Shown here one piece after another: positions 8,187 through 17,905 of a stretch of DNA of 64,000 nt. Numbering within the stretch: position 1 is the first letter of the stretch; each line of letters begins with the position of its first letter. Source of the DNA: an uncultured Poribacteria bacterium. Its GTDB lineage: Bacteria; Poribacteria; WGA-4E; WGA-3G. The stretch lies in NCBI GenBank assembly GCA_951813565.1, contig OX638351.1:4160001-4224000 (forward strand), read 5' to 3'. The position numbers and the translations under genes were made by a program. The notes beneath the pieces were generated by a model. The model did not search any database, was not told where the DNA came from, and saw nothing but the letters and a program-made list of their open reading frames with translations.

Positions 8187-10160
8187 TTAGCCTGGTGCGA
8201 AGTCGTAGATCGGTTCACGGATAATGACGCTTAAAACGCTCCAGAACGCACCTACGCAGTATTCACCGAGGATAACTCCAAAGAAGAAGAAAATCATTTT
8301 TTGATATGTGCTGGGACCCCCAAATCGGAGTGCCATCCACTTAAGAAATGTACTAATAACGAGACAACTCCAAAAATAACCAACACCGAACGTCATGGAG
8401 ATGGGATAGCCTGCAGGATGGAGCGGCCACCAAATAAACCGCATCCGCATAAACATCAGTAAGAAAGTGAAGCCCATGCCACCTGCCATAAAACTCATGG
8501 CGGGGACGTTCGGATCGCGCGGGAAAGCAAAAAGACCAGCAAGCCATCCGAATTGGCCGATATGTCCAACTGACGGACCAATTCCGCCACCTGCGCCTGT
8601 GATTGCTCCACCGAGGCGATAGAGTTCACTCAGCGTTGCCCAGAATGCTGAGAGTGAGCCAAGCACAACAGCAATAATCATTGCCAACACCAATTTTTTC
8701 GTGTTCATGTTGGCGCGTTCAGCCATCTTGAAGGATTCAAGTTGATGTGGCATGATGTGTTCACGATAGCCGCGCCCACTAAAAAACCAAAAATACGGAA
8801 ACACTGTTAGGTTGTTAGGTCCGATGCGTCGCGTGCCCAAAATATTCACTAAAAATTGCTGCGCGTTGCACATCCCTGCCATCTCATGTGCGGGAGGACC
8901 CAATTCAGCACGAACACGTGTGATAGCGATTGAGATTGCGTAGAAAAATCCGAAGAAGGGAAGAATAATTGGGAGTGTCATCCCTGCCTTTAGACAGAAC
9001 CAGATAATATAGAGACTGGCGAGGATTATCAAGAAAAATGCTGTTCGATATCGTATCGGTTCCTGTGCATCGTCAATACCTCCTTGCATACCTAAGATCG
9101 TTCGGGCAACCTTTGCAATATGTCTACGCGTTACCAGCAGCGCGATGATGAAAATTGCCATCCATCCTCCTATGGACTGCTCACTACCATACGGAAAAGG
9201 TGCAGGAATTCCGACAGCACTCCCGAAAACACGTTGTATTTTCTCGAAAAGATAGAAGAACCATAGGGAAAAAGATAGGTCAAGTGGTAAAAGAAAGCCT
9301 AAACCGATTACAAATGGATATAGCGGAACAGGGATATTCCCAACAGCGTTCCACGGTTTTTCAGTGAAAAATGTCCCCCAATTACGCGCGTTATGTCGCA
9401 CACTGAAATCTGGAAGTATTGGGAAAAAATGAGCCAATCCGTGCCAAACATTCAGTATAGCTGCAGCAATAAAACCGTACCACAATAGTCGATTTCGGAA
9501 AAGTTGTGCTCTGCCACCGCCTTCTGTGATTGCCATCGGCAGTTGAATGATGGGATATGCCAGTTTCTCGTGTTCTGTCCACTGTTTACGAATAAGCACA
9601 TTTAGACAGATCATGATGGCACCGAGTGCAAGGATAAAAGATGTCCACCACAAGGTCGGCATAACCCATGCCCCACCTATCTGTGCGTTGTAGAACGGGG
9701 TATCGCCTTCGTAGAATCCACGAATAATTTCTTTATCGGCAACTACGAGGTGTTGTGGTATATAACTGTGGAATGTGCCAGCCCAATCATTTTCTATGGT
9801 AGCGAACCAAAAGGCATGTGGTAGTGCGGGGATAGTTAAAGCCAACATATCGTGTCCTGCCAAACCAGATGCAATAGAAAGCATAGCGTAGATGGTAATC
9901 ATCTCGCCTTGTGTCAATGCTGATTTTGGTGCTACGCGTTTGAGGAAAAGGTTTATTAGGATTAAGAAAAAGATGTTGAGAACGACATTCCAAAACAGAG
10001 AGATTGTTGTAGGATGTCCAGAGTGCCATACACACTCAACTTCAATGATCCAAAATACATTGGGTGGGATTAGGAAAATCGCAATGAGTATCGCACGCCA
10101 TGTGACACCGGACTCACGATTTTTGTTCAGTTCGCTGAGGTTTTGTACTGATGATTCCAT
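8187..10160 (-). CDS. Polytopic membrane protein, DUF6785/DUF6784-like (putative transporter)
   Basis: Many TM helices; RKQWTEHEKLAYPIIQLP and WWPLHPAGY motifs. Paralogue of 50996-52912. Confidence 0.8.
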   Translation of the reverse strand: MESSVQNLSELNKNRESGVTWRAILIAIFLIPPNVFWIIEVECVWHSGHPTTISLFWNVVLNIFFLILINLFLKRVAPKSALTQGEMITIYAMLSIASGLAGHDMLALTIPALPHAFWFATIENDWAGTFHSYIPQHLVVADKEIIRGFYEGDTPFYNAQIGGAWVMPTLWWTSFILALGAIMICLNVLIRKQWTEHEKLAYPIIQLPMAITEGGGRAQLFRNRLLWYGFIAAAILNVWHGLAHFFPILPDFSVRHNARNWGTFFTEKPWNAVGNIPVPLYPFVIGLGFLLPLDLSFSLWFFYLFEKIQRVFGSAVGIPAPFPYGSEQSIGGWMAIFIIALLVTRRHIAKVARTILGMQGGIDDAQEPIRYRTAFFLIILASLYIIWFCLKAGMTLPIILPFFGFFYAISIAITRVRAELGPPAHEMAGMCNAQQFLVNILGTRRIGPNNLTVFPYFWFFSGRGYREHIMPHQLESFKMAERANMNTKKLVLAMIIAVVLGSLSAFWATLSELYRLGGAITGAGGGIGPSVGHIGQFGWLAGLFAFPRDPNVPAMSFMAGGMGFTFLLMFMRMRFIWWPLHPAGYPISMTFGVGYFWSCLVISTFLKWMALRFGGPSTYQKMIFFFFGVILGEYCVGAFWSVLSVIIREPIYDFAPG

Positions 10161-10190
10161 ATTTTTAGATATGACAATAGTTTCTTCAAG

Positions 10191-11657
10191 TTAAAAGTGT
10201 GTTAGCGGTTCGTTCTCTTTTAATTCCCATAGAATATGTCCGAATTCACAAGCACCGGGTGTGGAACCGCTGAAGATTTCTGTTTGGATACCCCAAGCTA
10301 ATTTATAGGCGGAGATAATTTGTGTCAACGAAGTGGAGACATCACCATAGCAGAGAATAGCCGCGGTCCCGCCGCCACCACCGCCAGTAATTTTAGCACC
10401 GTAGATCCCGCCCTGCTCACCAATTTTTTGTGCGATGTTGACAATTCCATCAATTTCGGGAGAACCGAGTCCGGCTAAATCACGATAGCTTGCATTTGAT
10501 TCGTACATGAGGCTCCCCGCTATTTTGAGAAAATCACGTGCGCGGTCCGGAAATTCATGAACATTTTTGAGGGCATTTATAAATTGTTTAACCCGTTCGT
10601 TTTCATAAATCGGATGTTTCACACAATTTCTAACCATGTATACTTTATGAGGGTCTACCTGTGTAACGGAATCAACGGTCTCACCGTATTTATTGAGAAA
10701 ATCGCTGCCTTGCATCTGTTCGGGTAAAAGCGTTTCACAATGCTCACGAAATTCTTGAACAGATAAATTACAGAGATAGTTATCTTTTAACTTTTCCCAT
10801 CCGAGTTCCTTTTTTAAGATTGATAACCCCATAAATGCTGCGGTACGTGTGTTGATGTACGCGTCACTTTTTGTGCTTCGCGGTGCTTTGGTGTGGATAC
10901 CAATAAAACTCACTTCTGACGGACATTCAACGAATTCAAGGATTTTATCCGGTTGGCAGAGGATAGAAAGTATTTTATTCCTCGCGCCAGCTGCGGAAGT
11001 CACTTGGTCCATGATCCCGCATGGCGCCCCAACGATTCGGTTTTCAACAATTTGTGCAATCCTCGCGATTTCCATCGCGTCCAAATTCAAATCGTAGAAT
11101 TGATTGAGTGCAGTTAACGTTGCGACTTCGATCGCGGCAGAGGAAGCGATACCTGCTCCCATCGGAATATCGCTTTTGAGAACAATCACTACACCGTGCG
11201 GAAACTTTTCAATTTTTTCTTCCTTTAACAGTGTAAACAAACAGCCGAGTATATATCCTGTCCACGTTGTTCGCGTATCCTTGTTAAAAAGATTTTTGAC
11301 CTGTGTGTACGATTTAAGAGCGCCATCAGCATAGAGATCATCAAGCGATATCTGAAAACTCGGTTTTAGTCGAGTATCGGTTTGAAGTGTCAGGACACAG
11401 AGATTTCTGTCTTCCCTTGCCTGGCACGCTACGACAGCAGCACGGTTTAGCGTCATTTCAAAGACGTTTGATCCACAATAATCTGCGATGCCACCCATTA
11501 TGTCAAGCCTTGCGGGGGCACGTGCAACTGTTATCCGCCCTTCATTCCGTAAACCGTGCGGACACAAAATATCTGGCGAATCACATTGTAAAAGATATTC
11601 AAGTTCAACAACCTGAAGCGTTTTTTCTTTGGGACCGTGAATCTGCTCAACTTTCAT
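10191..11657 (-). CDS. GHMP sugar kinase (galactokinase/L-arabinokinase-like)
   Basis: ARAPARLDIMGGIADY, PMGAGIASSAA, CGIMDQ and GAKITGGGGGG motifs. Confidence 0.9.
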   Translation of the reverse strand: MKVEQIHGPKEKTLQVVELEYLLQCDSPDILCPHGLRNEGRITVARAPARLDIMGGIADYCGSNVFEMTLNRAAVVACQAREDRNLCVLTLQTDTRLKPSFQISLDDLYADGALKSYTQVKNLFNKDTRTTWTGYILGCLFTLLKEEKIEKFPHGVVIVLKSDIPMGAGIASSAAIEVATLTALNQFYDLNLDAMEIARIAQIVENRIVGAPCGIMDQVTSAAGARNKILSILCQPDKILEFVECPSEVSFIGIHTKAPRSTKSDAYINTRTAAFMGLSILKKELGWEKLKDNYLCNLSVQEFREHCETLLPEQMQGSDFLNKYGETVDSVTQVDPHKVYMVRNCVKHPIYENERVKQFINALKNVHEFPDRARDFLKIAGSLMYESNASYRDLAGLGSPEIDGIVNIAQKIGEQGGIYGAKITGGGGGGTAAILCYGDVSTSLTQIISAYKLAWGIQTEIFSGSTPGACEFGHILWELKENEPLTHF

Positions 11658-11717
11658 TTTGTATCTTTGGTCGCACGGTTTCCGGTGTGAATGTCCTTTT
11701 TAAAGTTTGCTACTATA

Positions 11718-12037
11718 ACGTGAGTTTGGCATAAGCAATTTTGAGAATAGGAGCGGTTAGAAACCGCTCCATAACTGTCAATTTAAGGGTTTATTTCAGG
11801 TATCACACATTTTAACCCAAACAACACCGTAACCCGATTGTAGGGGTGGGTCTCTGTGCCCACCCGTTGTTTGAATACATCAGCAATGGCGGGCACAGAG
11901 ACCCCACCCTACAAGGTTTGAAGGGATTTATCCCCTAAATTGACGTCTATGGTGCGGTTAGAAACCACACCTACCGCGTCTATGAGAGTAGAATTCAAAG
12001 CATTAAGAACTGCATATTTCTTACACCGAACTCAGGT
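11718..12037. mobile_element. Degenerate ACGTGAG-family MITE enclosing an IS4-like MITE (11770-11951) that itself holds a REP doublet
   Basis: Outer ends ACGTGAGTTTGGCATAAG / CTTACACCGAACTCAGGT (4 mismatches). Inner ends CATAACTGTCAATTTAAG / CCTAAATTGACGTCTATG with a 19-bp flanking repeat. Confidence 0.65.
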
Positions 12038-12056
12038 TCTTATAACTAACAAGGCA

Positions 12057-13664
12057 TCAAGGATTAACAACCCTGACACTTTCTCCTACTTTGAGAGAAT
12101 GTTGTCCAGCAACGATGACGGAGTCTCCTTCACTCAGTCCGCCTCGTATTTCTACTTCACCGCCACGAGAAAGCCCTATTTCCACAGGACGACGTTTGCT
12201 CATGCCGGCTTCAACGACGAAAACATTTTGCGTTTTCGTTTCAGCATCTTCAATCAGTGAAACACGGGGAACCAAAATGGTACCTGTACGGATTTCGATA
12301 GGCACAGTGACTTTTGCGAACATTCCGGGTTTAAGAATACTTTCAACGTTATCAATATGAAATTCAACTTTTGCGGTGCGTTGCATCGGTTGTAAAGTCG
12401 GGCTAATGTAAGTAATCTTACCTATTATCGGCATGTTGATTCCCTCAACAATGATTGATGCTTGTTGATTAAGTGTCAATTGCGCCAGCTGGACTTCAAT
12501 CACATCTGCAGTAGCTTTGACTGTGTCAATATCTACAATTTCAAACAAGGGTGCTGTTGGAACTGCCATACCACCCTCATCTAAATAACGTTGTGAGACA
12601 ATACCAGCAATAGGTGCTTCAATTGTGGCATCTCTAAGTCGTTTTTTGGCAAGTTTAAGGGCAATGCTGGCTTGTGTACGAGCAGTCTTTGCAGTCGTAA
12701 TCTCTGCTTCCCAACTTTTTGCTTTTTCTAGTGCCTTTGCAGATATAAGACCTGCACGTGCTGTTTCAACTTGAGATTGTGCGAGTGCGATATCTTTTTC
12801 CCAAGTTTTTGTGGTGGCTTGTGCTTGTGCAAGTCTTAAACCAGCTTTTGCTTGTTCCACTTGTGCTTCCATCGCCTGAATGTCTTCTTCCCGCGCGCCG
12901 TTATCTATAAGTTGAAGTTGTTCTGTGGCGATTTTATGTTGTGCTTTTACAATATCTAACTGTGTTTGGCTGTTTTCAAGAGATTGCTGGCTAATAGCTC
13001 CGTTTTTGAAAAGTTGTTCCATACGGGCATAGTTATTTTGAGCGTTAAGTAGGTTCGCCTTCGCCTGATTCAAACCTGCTTCAGCTTGCCGTCGGTCTTC
13101 ATCGCGTGCCCCTGTTTTTATTTTTTCCAGATTTGCCACGAGAGATTTTAACCCTGCTTCAGCTTGGTCTATTTGCGTGGTTGTGCGAATTTTAGCAAGT
13201 TCTTGGACCTGTTGTAATGATACTTCAGCAGCATTGAATTGTGCCTTTACCTGCGCTACCTGTGAATGTACGCGGACTTCGGCGAGTTGCTGTGCCTGAG
13301 AGTACCCAGTTTCAGCGGATTCGAGGGTTGCTTCTGCTTGTTGGACTGCAAGTTTTAACTCCTCATGCTCAATGACCGCGAGTGTTTCGCCATTTTTCAC
13401 ACGGTCACCTTCAGTTACAAAAATTTGAATAATGCGCCCAGAGGTTTTGGGAATTACGCTCACACGGGATGCCGCTTCAATTGTCCCTGACAACTGAAGT
13501 TCTGAGCGGATCTCCCCACGTTTGGCTTTCGCGATTTCTACAGGTTTAGAAACATCGGTTTGTGCTGTTTCTTCGGTTATCGGTTGTTCAGGTTTTAAAA
13601 ATCGAAACATCGCGATAACCGCTATTACGGCAATTATGATAATGGCAATCCATAATTTTTTCAA
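12057..13664 (-). CDS. Efflux RND transporter periplasmic adaptor (MFP, HlyD family) with long coiled coil
   Basis: VTEGDRVKNGETLA lipoyl-like motif, IEAPIAGIV, LKPGMFAKV, N-terminal anchor. Confidence 0.92.
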   Translation of the reverse strand: MKKLWIAIIIIAVIAVIAMFRFLKPEQPITEETAQTDVSKPVEIAKAKRGEIRSELQLSGTIEAASRVSVIPKTSGRIIQIFVTEGDRVKNGETLAVIEHEELKLAVQQAEATLESAETGYSQAQQLAEVRVHSQVAQVKAQFNAAEVSLQQVQELAKIRTTTQIDQAEAGLKSLVANLEKIKTGARDEDRRQAEAGLNQAKANLLNAQNNYARMEQLFKNGAISQQSLENSQTQLDIVKAQHKIATEQLQLIDNGAREEDIQAMEAQVEQAKAGLRLAQAQATTKTWEKDIALAQSQVETARAGLISAKALEKAKSWEAEITTAKTARTQASIALKLAKKRLRDATIEAPIAGIVSQRYLDEGGMAVPTAPLFEIVDIDTVKATADVIEVQLAQLTLNQQASIIVEGINMPIIGKITYISPTLQPMQRTAKVEFHIDNVESILKPGMFAKVTVPIEIRTGTILVPRVSLIEDAETKTQNVFVVEAGMSKRRPVEIGLSRGGEVEIRGGLSEGDSVIVAGQHSLKVGESVRVVNP

Positions 13665-13742
13665 TTGTGTAATTCTCCTTCCAATGGCAGATAAAATATC
13701 CGCCTTTATATTCCGATCAATATATTTTGGGGTAAAAGTTTT

Positions 13743-15131
13743 CTATTGTATTTTTTGTCCTATTGCTTTTTCCAGTCGTGCTAAACCCACAACATAGTCA
13801 TATTGAGCTTGCAGACGATTGACTTTTGCCTGCATCAATGCAAGTTGCGTGTCAGTAAGTCCGACAGTGGTAATAATGCCATTCTCGAATTGGATAGTTG
13901 CAATTCGAACACTTTCTTCTGCCTGTGCAATGGTTTCGCGCTGAACGTCAATGAGAGTTTTTGCTTCAAGTAGGGCAAGATAGGCATTACGCACCTCAAA
14001 CTCAACAGTTGACATAACTTGTTTTGTACCCAATTGGAGCTGCTTCAGAACCGATTCGCTCTGTTCTACCCCCGCACGAGAAGCAAACCCATCGAAAATG
14101 GGGATATTGATTTGCAATCCAAGGCTCCAGATTCGGTTCATTTCAGTGAGTCTTTCGTTATGAGAAATTTGGTAATTGGAGAAAAAAGCAAGGTCAGGGA
14201 GGTTCCGAGTCTTCGCGACACTCAGTTGTTTTTGCCCTGCTTGTTCGTTGAGTTGAGATCGACTAATTTCTGGACGTGTCTCAAGAGCCAATTTAATTAA
14301 TTCGTCCAGTTGAACTTCGATTTTAGGTATTTCAAAAGAACCCTCAACTGAAACCTCCTCAGAAAACGGAAGATTAAGTAAGGTTTTGTAGGCGTTTTGT
14401 GCTGTTTTGACTCCGTTTTTGGCACGAATTAATTGTGATTCTGCATTTGCAAGTTGCACGTTCGCACGAAGCACATCGAAATTAGTGGTTGCTCCTGCAT
14501 CAAAGGATGTTTGTGCGATACCGAGTTGTTTTTTTACTAACGCAACACTTTGTTCTGCAACTACCACGAATTCTTGTGCTATTAACACACGATAAAATGC
14601 CTCAATAACATCTAAACGGAGTTTTTCATAAGCAGCGTTTAACTCTTTTTTCGCTGCTTCGTATTGAATTTTCGCTGCTTGATAACCGTAGTAGTAACGT
14701 CCCCAAGCAAAGACAGGTTGTGTCAAATTGACTGCGCCTTGGACATTATGATGTGCCCCAAACTCCAACTCAATTAGATCAACCTCATTATCTACACTTG
14801 GTGTTGACATTTCATTCATATCTTCCCCAGGTATAGGGAATCCGAAACCACCTTCCGCCTGAATTACTGATTTTTGTACATCTTTAAAATAGGTATAGTT
14901 TCCATTTGCTGCGAGTCTTGGTAGCATTGTAGCGCGAGCAGTACTAATTTGTGCTTCAGCAGATTTTAGATTTTGTTCAGCAGTCTGAATAACAAGATTG
15001 TTCTGTTTAGCAACTTGTAAACTATCTTCAAGGTTAAAAACTTTAGCTTCTTCAGCGGATGCTGACAAAGTTAGCAATAGTAGTAAAATGGTTCCAACCC
15101 AACTTGGGTAATGGAACCGTAATGTATTCAT
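13743..15131 (-). CDS. TolC family outer membrane efflux protein
   Basis: Two OEP repeats, LQINIPIFDGF motif, ends ARLEKAIG. Start placed at ATG 15131 behind GGAGG. Confidence 0.92.
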   Translation of the reverse strand: MNTLRFHYPSWVGTILLLLLTLSASAEEAKVFNLEDSLQVAKQNNLVIQTAEQNLKSAEAQISTARATMLPRLAANGNYTYFKDVQKSVIQAEGGFGFPIPGEDMNEMSTPSVDNEVDLIELEFGAHHNVQGAVNLTQPVFAWGRYYYGYQAAKIQYEAAKKELNAAYEKLRLDVIEAFYRVLIAQEFVVVAEQSVALVKKQLGIAQTSFDAGATTNFDVLRANVQLANAESQLIRAKNGVKTAQNAYKTLLNLPFSEEVSVEGSFEIPKIEVQLDELIKLALETRPEISRSQLNEQAGQKQLSVAKTRNLPDLAFFSNYQISHNERLTEMNRIWSLGLQINIPIFDGFASRAGVEQSESVLKQLQLGTKQVMSTVEFEVRNAYLALLEAKTLIDVQRETIAQAEESVRIATIQFENGIITTVGLTDTQLALMQAKVNRLQAQYDYVVGLARLEKAIGQKIQ

Positions 15132-15382
15132 GTATAATGTTTCCTCCAAATGAGGTAGTACCAAATTCATTTGATTCATTGTCTTCACATGCCGCGCCGC
15201 ATGAAGATTAAGAAAATATTTCGGTAATTCTAATTTGTCCCAAACCCGGTAGGTGCGATTTCCCAACCGCACTAAATCTTTCTCCAAAATTACCGAATTA
15301 ATAAATTATAGTAAAACCTATAATTAATGGGACACTTCTGTAGTACAACCTTTTAGTTTGCGTCTCATAAGGCACAAACTAA

Positions 15383-15497
15383 ATGAAGTTTAAAAAAATA
15401 AATCGGTAATTTAGCGAGGTTAGGAAACCTCGCCAGCAGGTGGGTACACCTGCCTTGTGCGGACAGAAAATTACCGAATTAAAAAATTAATCTTCAT
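15383..15497. mobile_element. Small MITE with long imperfect IR (ATGAAG...TCGGTAATT / AATTACCGA...CTTCAT), related copy at about 15201-15310
   Basis: IR read directly. Inserted in the loop of a cacaaact/agtttgtg hairpin. Contains the REP-like gcgaggttaggaaacctcgc. Confidence 0.55.
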
Positions 15498-15660
15498 AAA
15501 GTTTGTGCTACAGCTTCTATTGTCCATTATCTTTCCAAGACAAGTGTACTATAAACATACCGCTCCGCTGGAGCGGAAGACGGAAAAAGCACTGGGGAAC
15601 AAGACGAATTACGTTAATTTTGGTATAAATTGAATCTTGTCCCTCATCAAATTAATGTGT

Positions 15661-15778
15661 TATACCAATTCTATAAATGAATTTCCCTTTTAAATTAGAA
15701 TATAAGAGGCGCAATAAATTGCGCGACTACGAACCAGCTATTTCTTAAAGGGTATGTTATTTTATAGAAATGGTATTA
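15661..15778. mobile_element. MITE with TACCA(A/T)TTCTA ends (TA-bounded)
   Basis: TATACCAATTCTATAAA ... TTTATAGAAATGGTATTA. The same ends occur at 50594-50986. Confidence 0.6.
15706..15730 (-). repeat. GTAG-type REP, GTAGTCGCGCAATT(T/C)ATTG... family (5 copies: 15706, 27174, 27323, 44453, 63803)
   Basis: Near-identical 25-mers (GTAG foot plus palindrome), all intergenic and in the same orientation. Confidence 0.85.
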
Positions 15779-15842
15779 GATGTTATCTCATAATGGATAA
15801 TAGGAACTTCTAAAGCGTGCCTACTGGGTAATGAAATTGCTT

Positions 15843-17714
15843 TTAGTAGCGTAGAATTGTCGTAGAATCACCGACGATCCACAACGTCCCATTTGGGGTT
15901 TTTATAATATCTCTAAGGTTGTTTGTGGTTGGTGAGTTACGTTGCAACCATGTGACACCACCATCAGTTGTGCGTAGAATTGTCCCTTTATCACCAACTG
16001 CCCATCCAGATTTTTCGTCTATAAAGAGGATGGCATTGATGTTTTCTTCAGTTGGAACAGTTTGGTCAATCCATGTCTCACCACCATCAGTTGTTACCAT
16101 GATAGTGCCTTGATTACCAGCAGCCCACGCAAGTTCTGAACTAATTGCATAAATGTCCTGCAATTCAGCATAACCTATTGTGATGCTCCATGTATCGCCT
16201 CCATCAGTTGTCTTGGCAACTGTTCCGCCAAAACCGACAATCCAACCGACTTTTTCGTCAACAAAATGAACACCAAAAAGGTTATTAAAACCTGCTCCGC
16301 TGAAACCGGGATCTATGTCTACTCCAACCCATGTTTTACCACCATCGCTGGTTCGCATAACCTTTCCTGTTTCACCAACTGCCCATGCGTGCGTAGGATT
16401 GCCAAAACTCATGGCATAAGACGCCATGGCACTTTTCCAGCTCATGTCGCCACCAAATTTTATCCGCTTGGCTCTACCGTGTCCTTCATCGCCAGGGTCA
16501 CTGACACTTTTCCAAGTTGTTCCACCATCAAGTGTCTCAAGTAAGGCTGCGTTACTACCAACGATATAACCTTTCATTTCGTTAACAAAACCGACACCGA
16601 ACAGTTCAAAAACATCACCACTATTTTGAGGTCTCCATGTGTCACCGCCATCGCTCGTATGCATAACACTTCCAGCTAAACCAACTGCCCAACCGAGTTC
16701 GTCGTTAAAAAAGTGAACAGCACGTAATTCATTTGCATTAGAGACAACATCCCATGTGTTTCCGCCATCGGTCGTGTGAAGAATTGTTGCTTTATCGCCG
16801 ACGATCCATGCTTCTGAATCACTAATCATATGAACACCCTGCAGGCGTGCAGCGACTGGCCGATGCTCAAGAGGTTTCCATGTTATTCCGCCATCCATTG
16901 TGGTCAGAATTACCCCGAATTCGGCTGCAGCGATTCCCACATTTTTGTCGGCAAAATGCACATCCCAAATTGGCTCTGGCATTCCGTTAGAATTGGGTAC
17001 ATTACTCTGTTGGACTTCCCAATTCCTTCCATCTACTGTTGAAACGACGGCACCACCTGCACCGACTGCCCAACCATTTGCGTGGTCAAGCATGGAAATA
17101 GCATCAAGCGTGTTAACCGTTGCGCTGGTCTGAAACTGCCAATTGTTTCCGCCATCGGTTGTATGAAGTAAGGTTCCGCCTCCACCTGCTGCCCAACCAA
17201 TTTGAGGTGTAACGAAATGAACACCCTCAATCGTATTGTTAGTATCAATGGGTTGTGGTGTCCAAGTGGCCCCTCCATCTGTGGTATGCATGATGAATCC
17301 ACCATCACCACATGCCCAACCGTTCTGTTCATCTACGAATGAAACACCCAACAGCGCAACAAGGGTTCCAGTGGATAATTTCATCCAACTTTTTCCGCCA
17401 TCAAGCGTTTTTAAAACAGTCCCGTTTTCACCGACAACCCACCCAGTTTTAGCATTGATAAACCGGATTTTCTTAAATTCAGTGTTGAAAGGTAAGGGTT
17501 GATGAGTCCAAGTTTTACCACCATCCGTGGTATTTAAAATAGTTGCATTACTCCCAACGATCCAGCCATTCTGAGCGTCAAAGAAAAAGACATCAGAAAA
17601 GGAACCTTGCCACTGCGATTCGCTGACTGTAACCCACTCTTTTTGAGCAAGCACGAACGATGTTGTGATGAGCAAAAAAGTTAATATGATCGAAAAAAAC
17701 ATTCTCCGCTTCAT
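15843..17714 (-). CDS. Ycf48/BNR-repeat double beta-propeller secreted protein
   Basis: About 14 repeats of GWxVGxxGxILxTxDGGxTW, plus a signal peptide. Start placed at ATG 17714 behind GGAGG. Confidence 0.92.
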   Translation of the reverse strand: MKRRMFFSIILTFLLITTSFVLAQKEWVTVSESQWQGSFSDVFFFDAQNGWIVGSNATILNTTDGGKTWTHQPLPFNTEFKKIRFINAKTGWVVGENGTVLKTLDGGKSWMKLSTGTLVALLGVSFVDEQNGWACGDGGFIMHTTDGGATWTPQPIDTNNTIEGVHFVTPQIGWAAGGGGTLLHTTDGGNNWQFQTSATVNTLDAISMLDHANGWAVGAGGAVVSTVDGRNWEVQQSNVPNSNGMPEPIWDVHFADKNVGIAAAEFGVILTTMDGGITWKPLEHRPVAARLQGVHMISDSEAWIVGDKATILHTTDGGNTWDVVSNANELRAVHFFNDELGWAVGLAGSVMHTSDGGDTWRPQNSGDVFELFGVGFVNEMKGYIVGSNAALLETLDGGTTWKSVSDPGDEGHGRAKRIKFGGDMSWKSAMASYAMSFGNPTHAWAVGETGKVMRTSDGGKTWVGVDIDPGFSGAGFNNLFGVHFVDEKVGWIVGFGGTVAKTTDGGDTWSITIGYAELQDIYAISSELAWAAGNQGTIMVTTDGGETWIDQTVPTEENINAILFIDEKSGWAVGDKGTILRTTDGGVTWLQRNSPTTNNLRDIIKTPNGTLWIVGDSTTILRY

Positions 17715-17823
17715 TAGAATTCCTCCTACATTAGAATCTGCATAACATTCACACAAATTCTGTGGTGCGTGCCTGATTCCCACGCTGTCTATATTATGAG
17801 ATAACATCTATATATCCTTTTAA

Positions 17824-17852
17824 AGTATAGCACGTTCCGAATTTTACGTCAA
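17824..17852 (-). promoter_or_regulatory. Sigma70-type promoter for the Ycf48-like gene
   Basis: Minus strand TTGACG-17 bp-TGCTATACT. Confidence 0.65.
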
Positions 17853-17905
17853 CGTGAATTTGGGGTTGAACCAGGGCAATTTCGTTTTAAGAATTATCAG
17901 TTGAT

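Noticed and set aside
15132..15287. N-terminal extensions in the ORF track (TolC to 15287, Ycf48 to 17807, ADH to 27142, helicase to 37274, comEA to 59749)
   Set aside because: They run into MITE DNA, upstream non-coding sequence or neighbouring genes. Downstream starts fit family N-termini and mostly have clear RBSs.
15843..17714. Photosynthesis function implied by the Ycf48 label
   Set aside because: Only the generic BNR/Ycf48 propeller repeat is present, and there are no photosystem genes.
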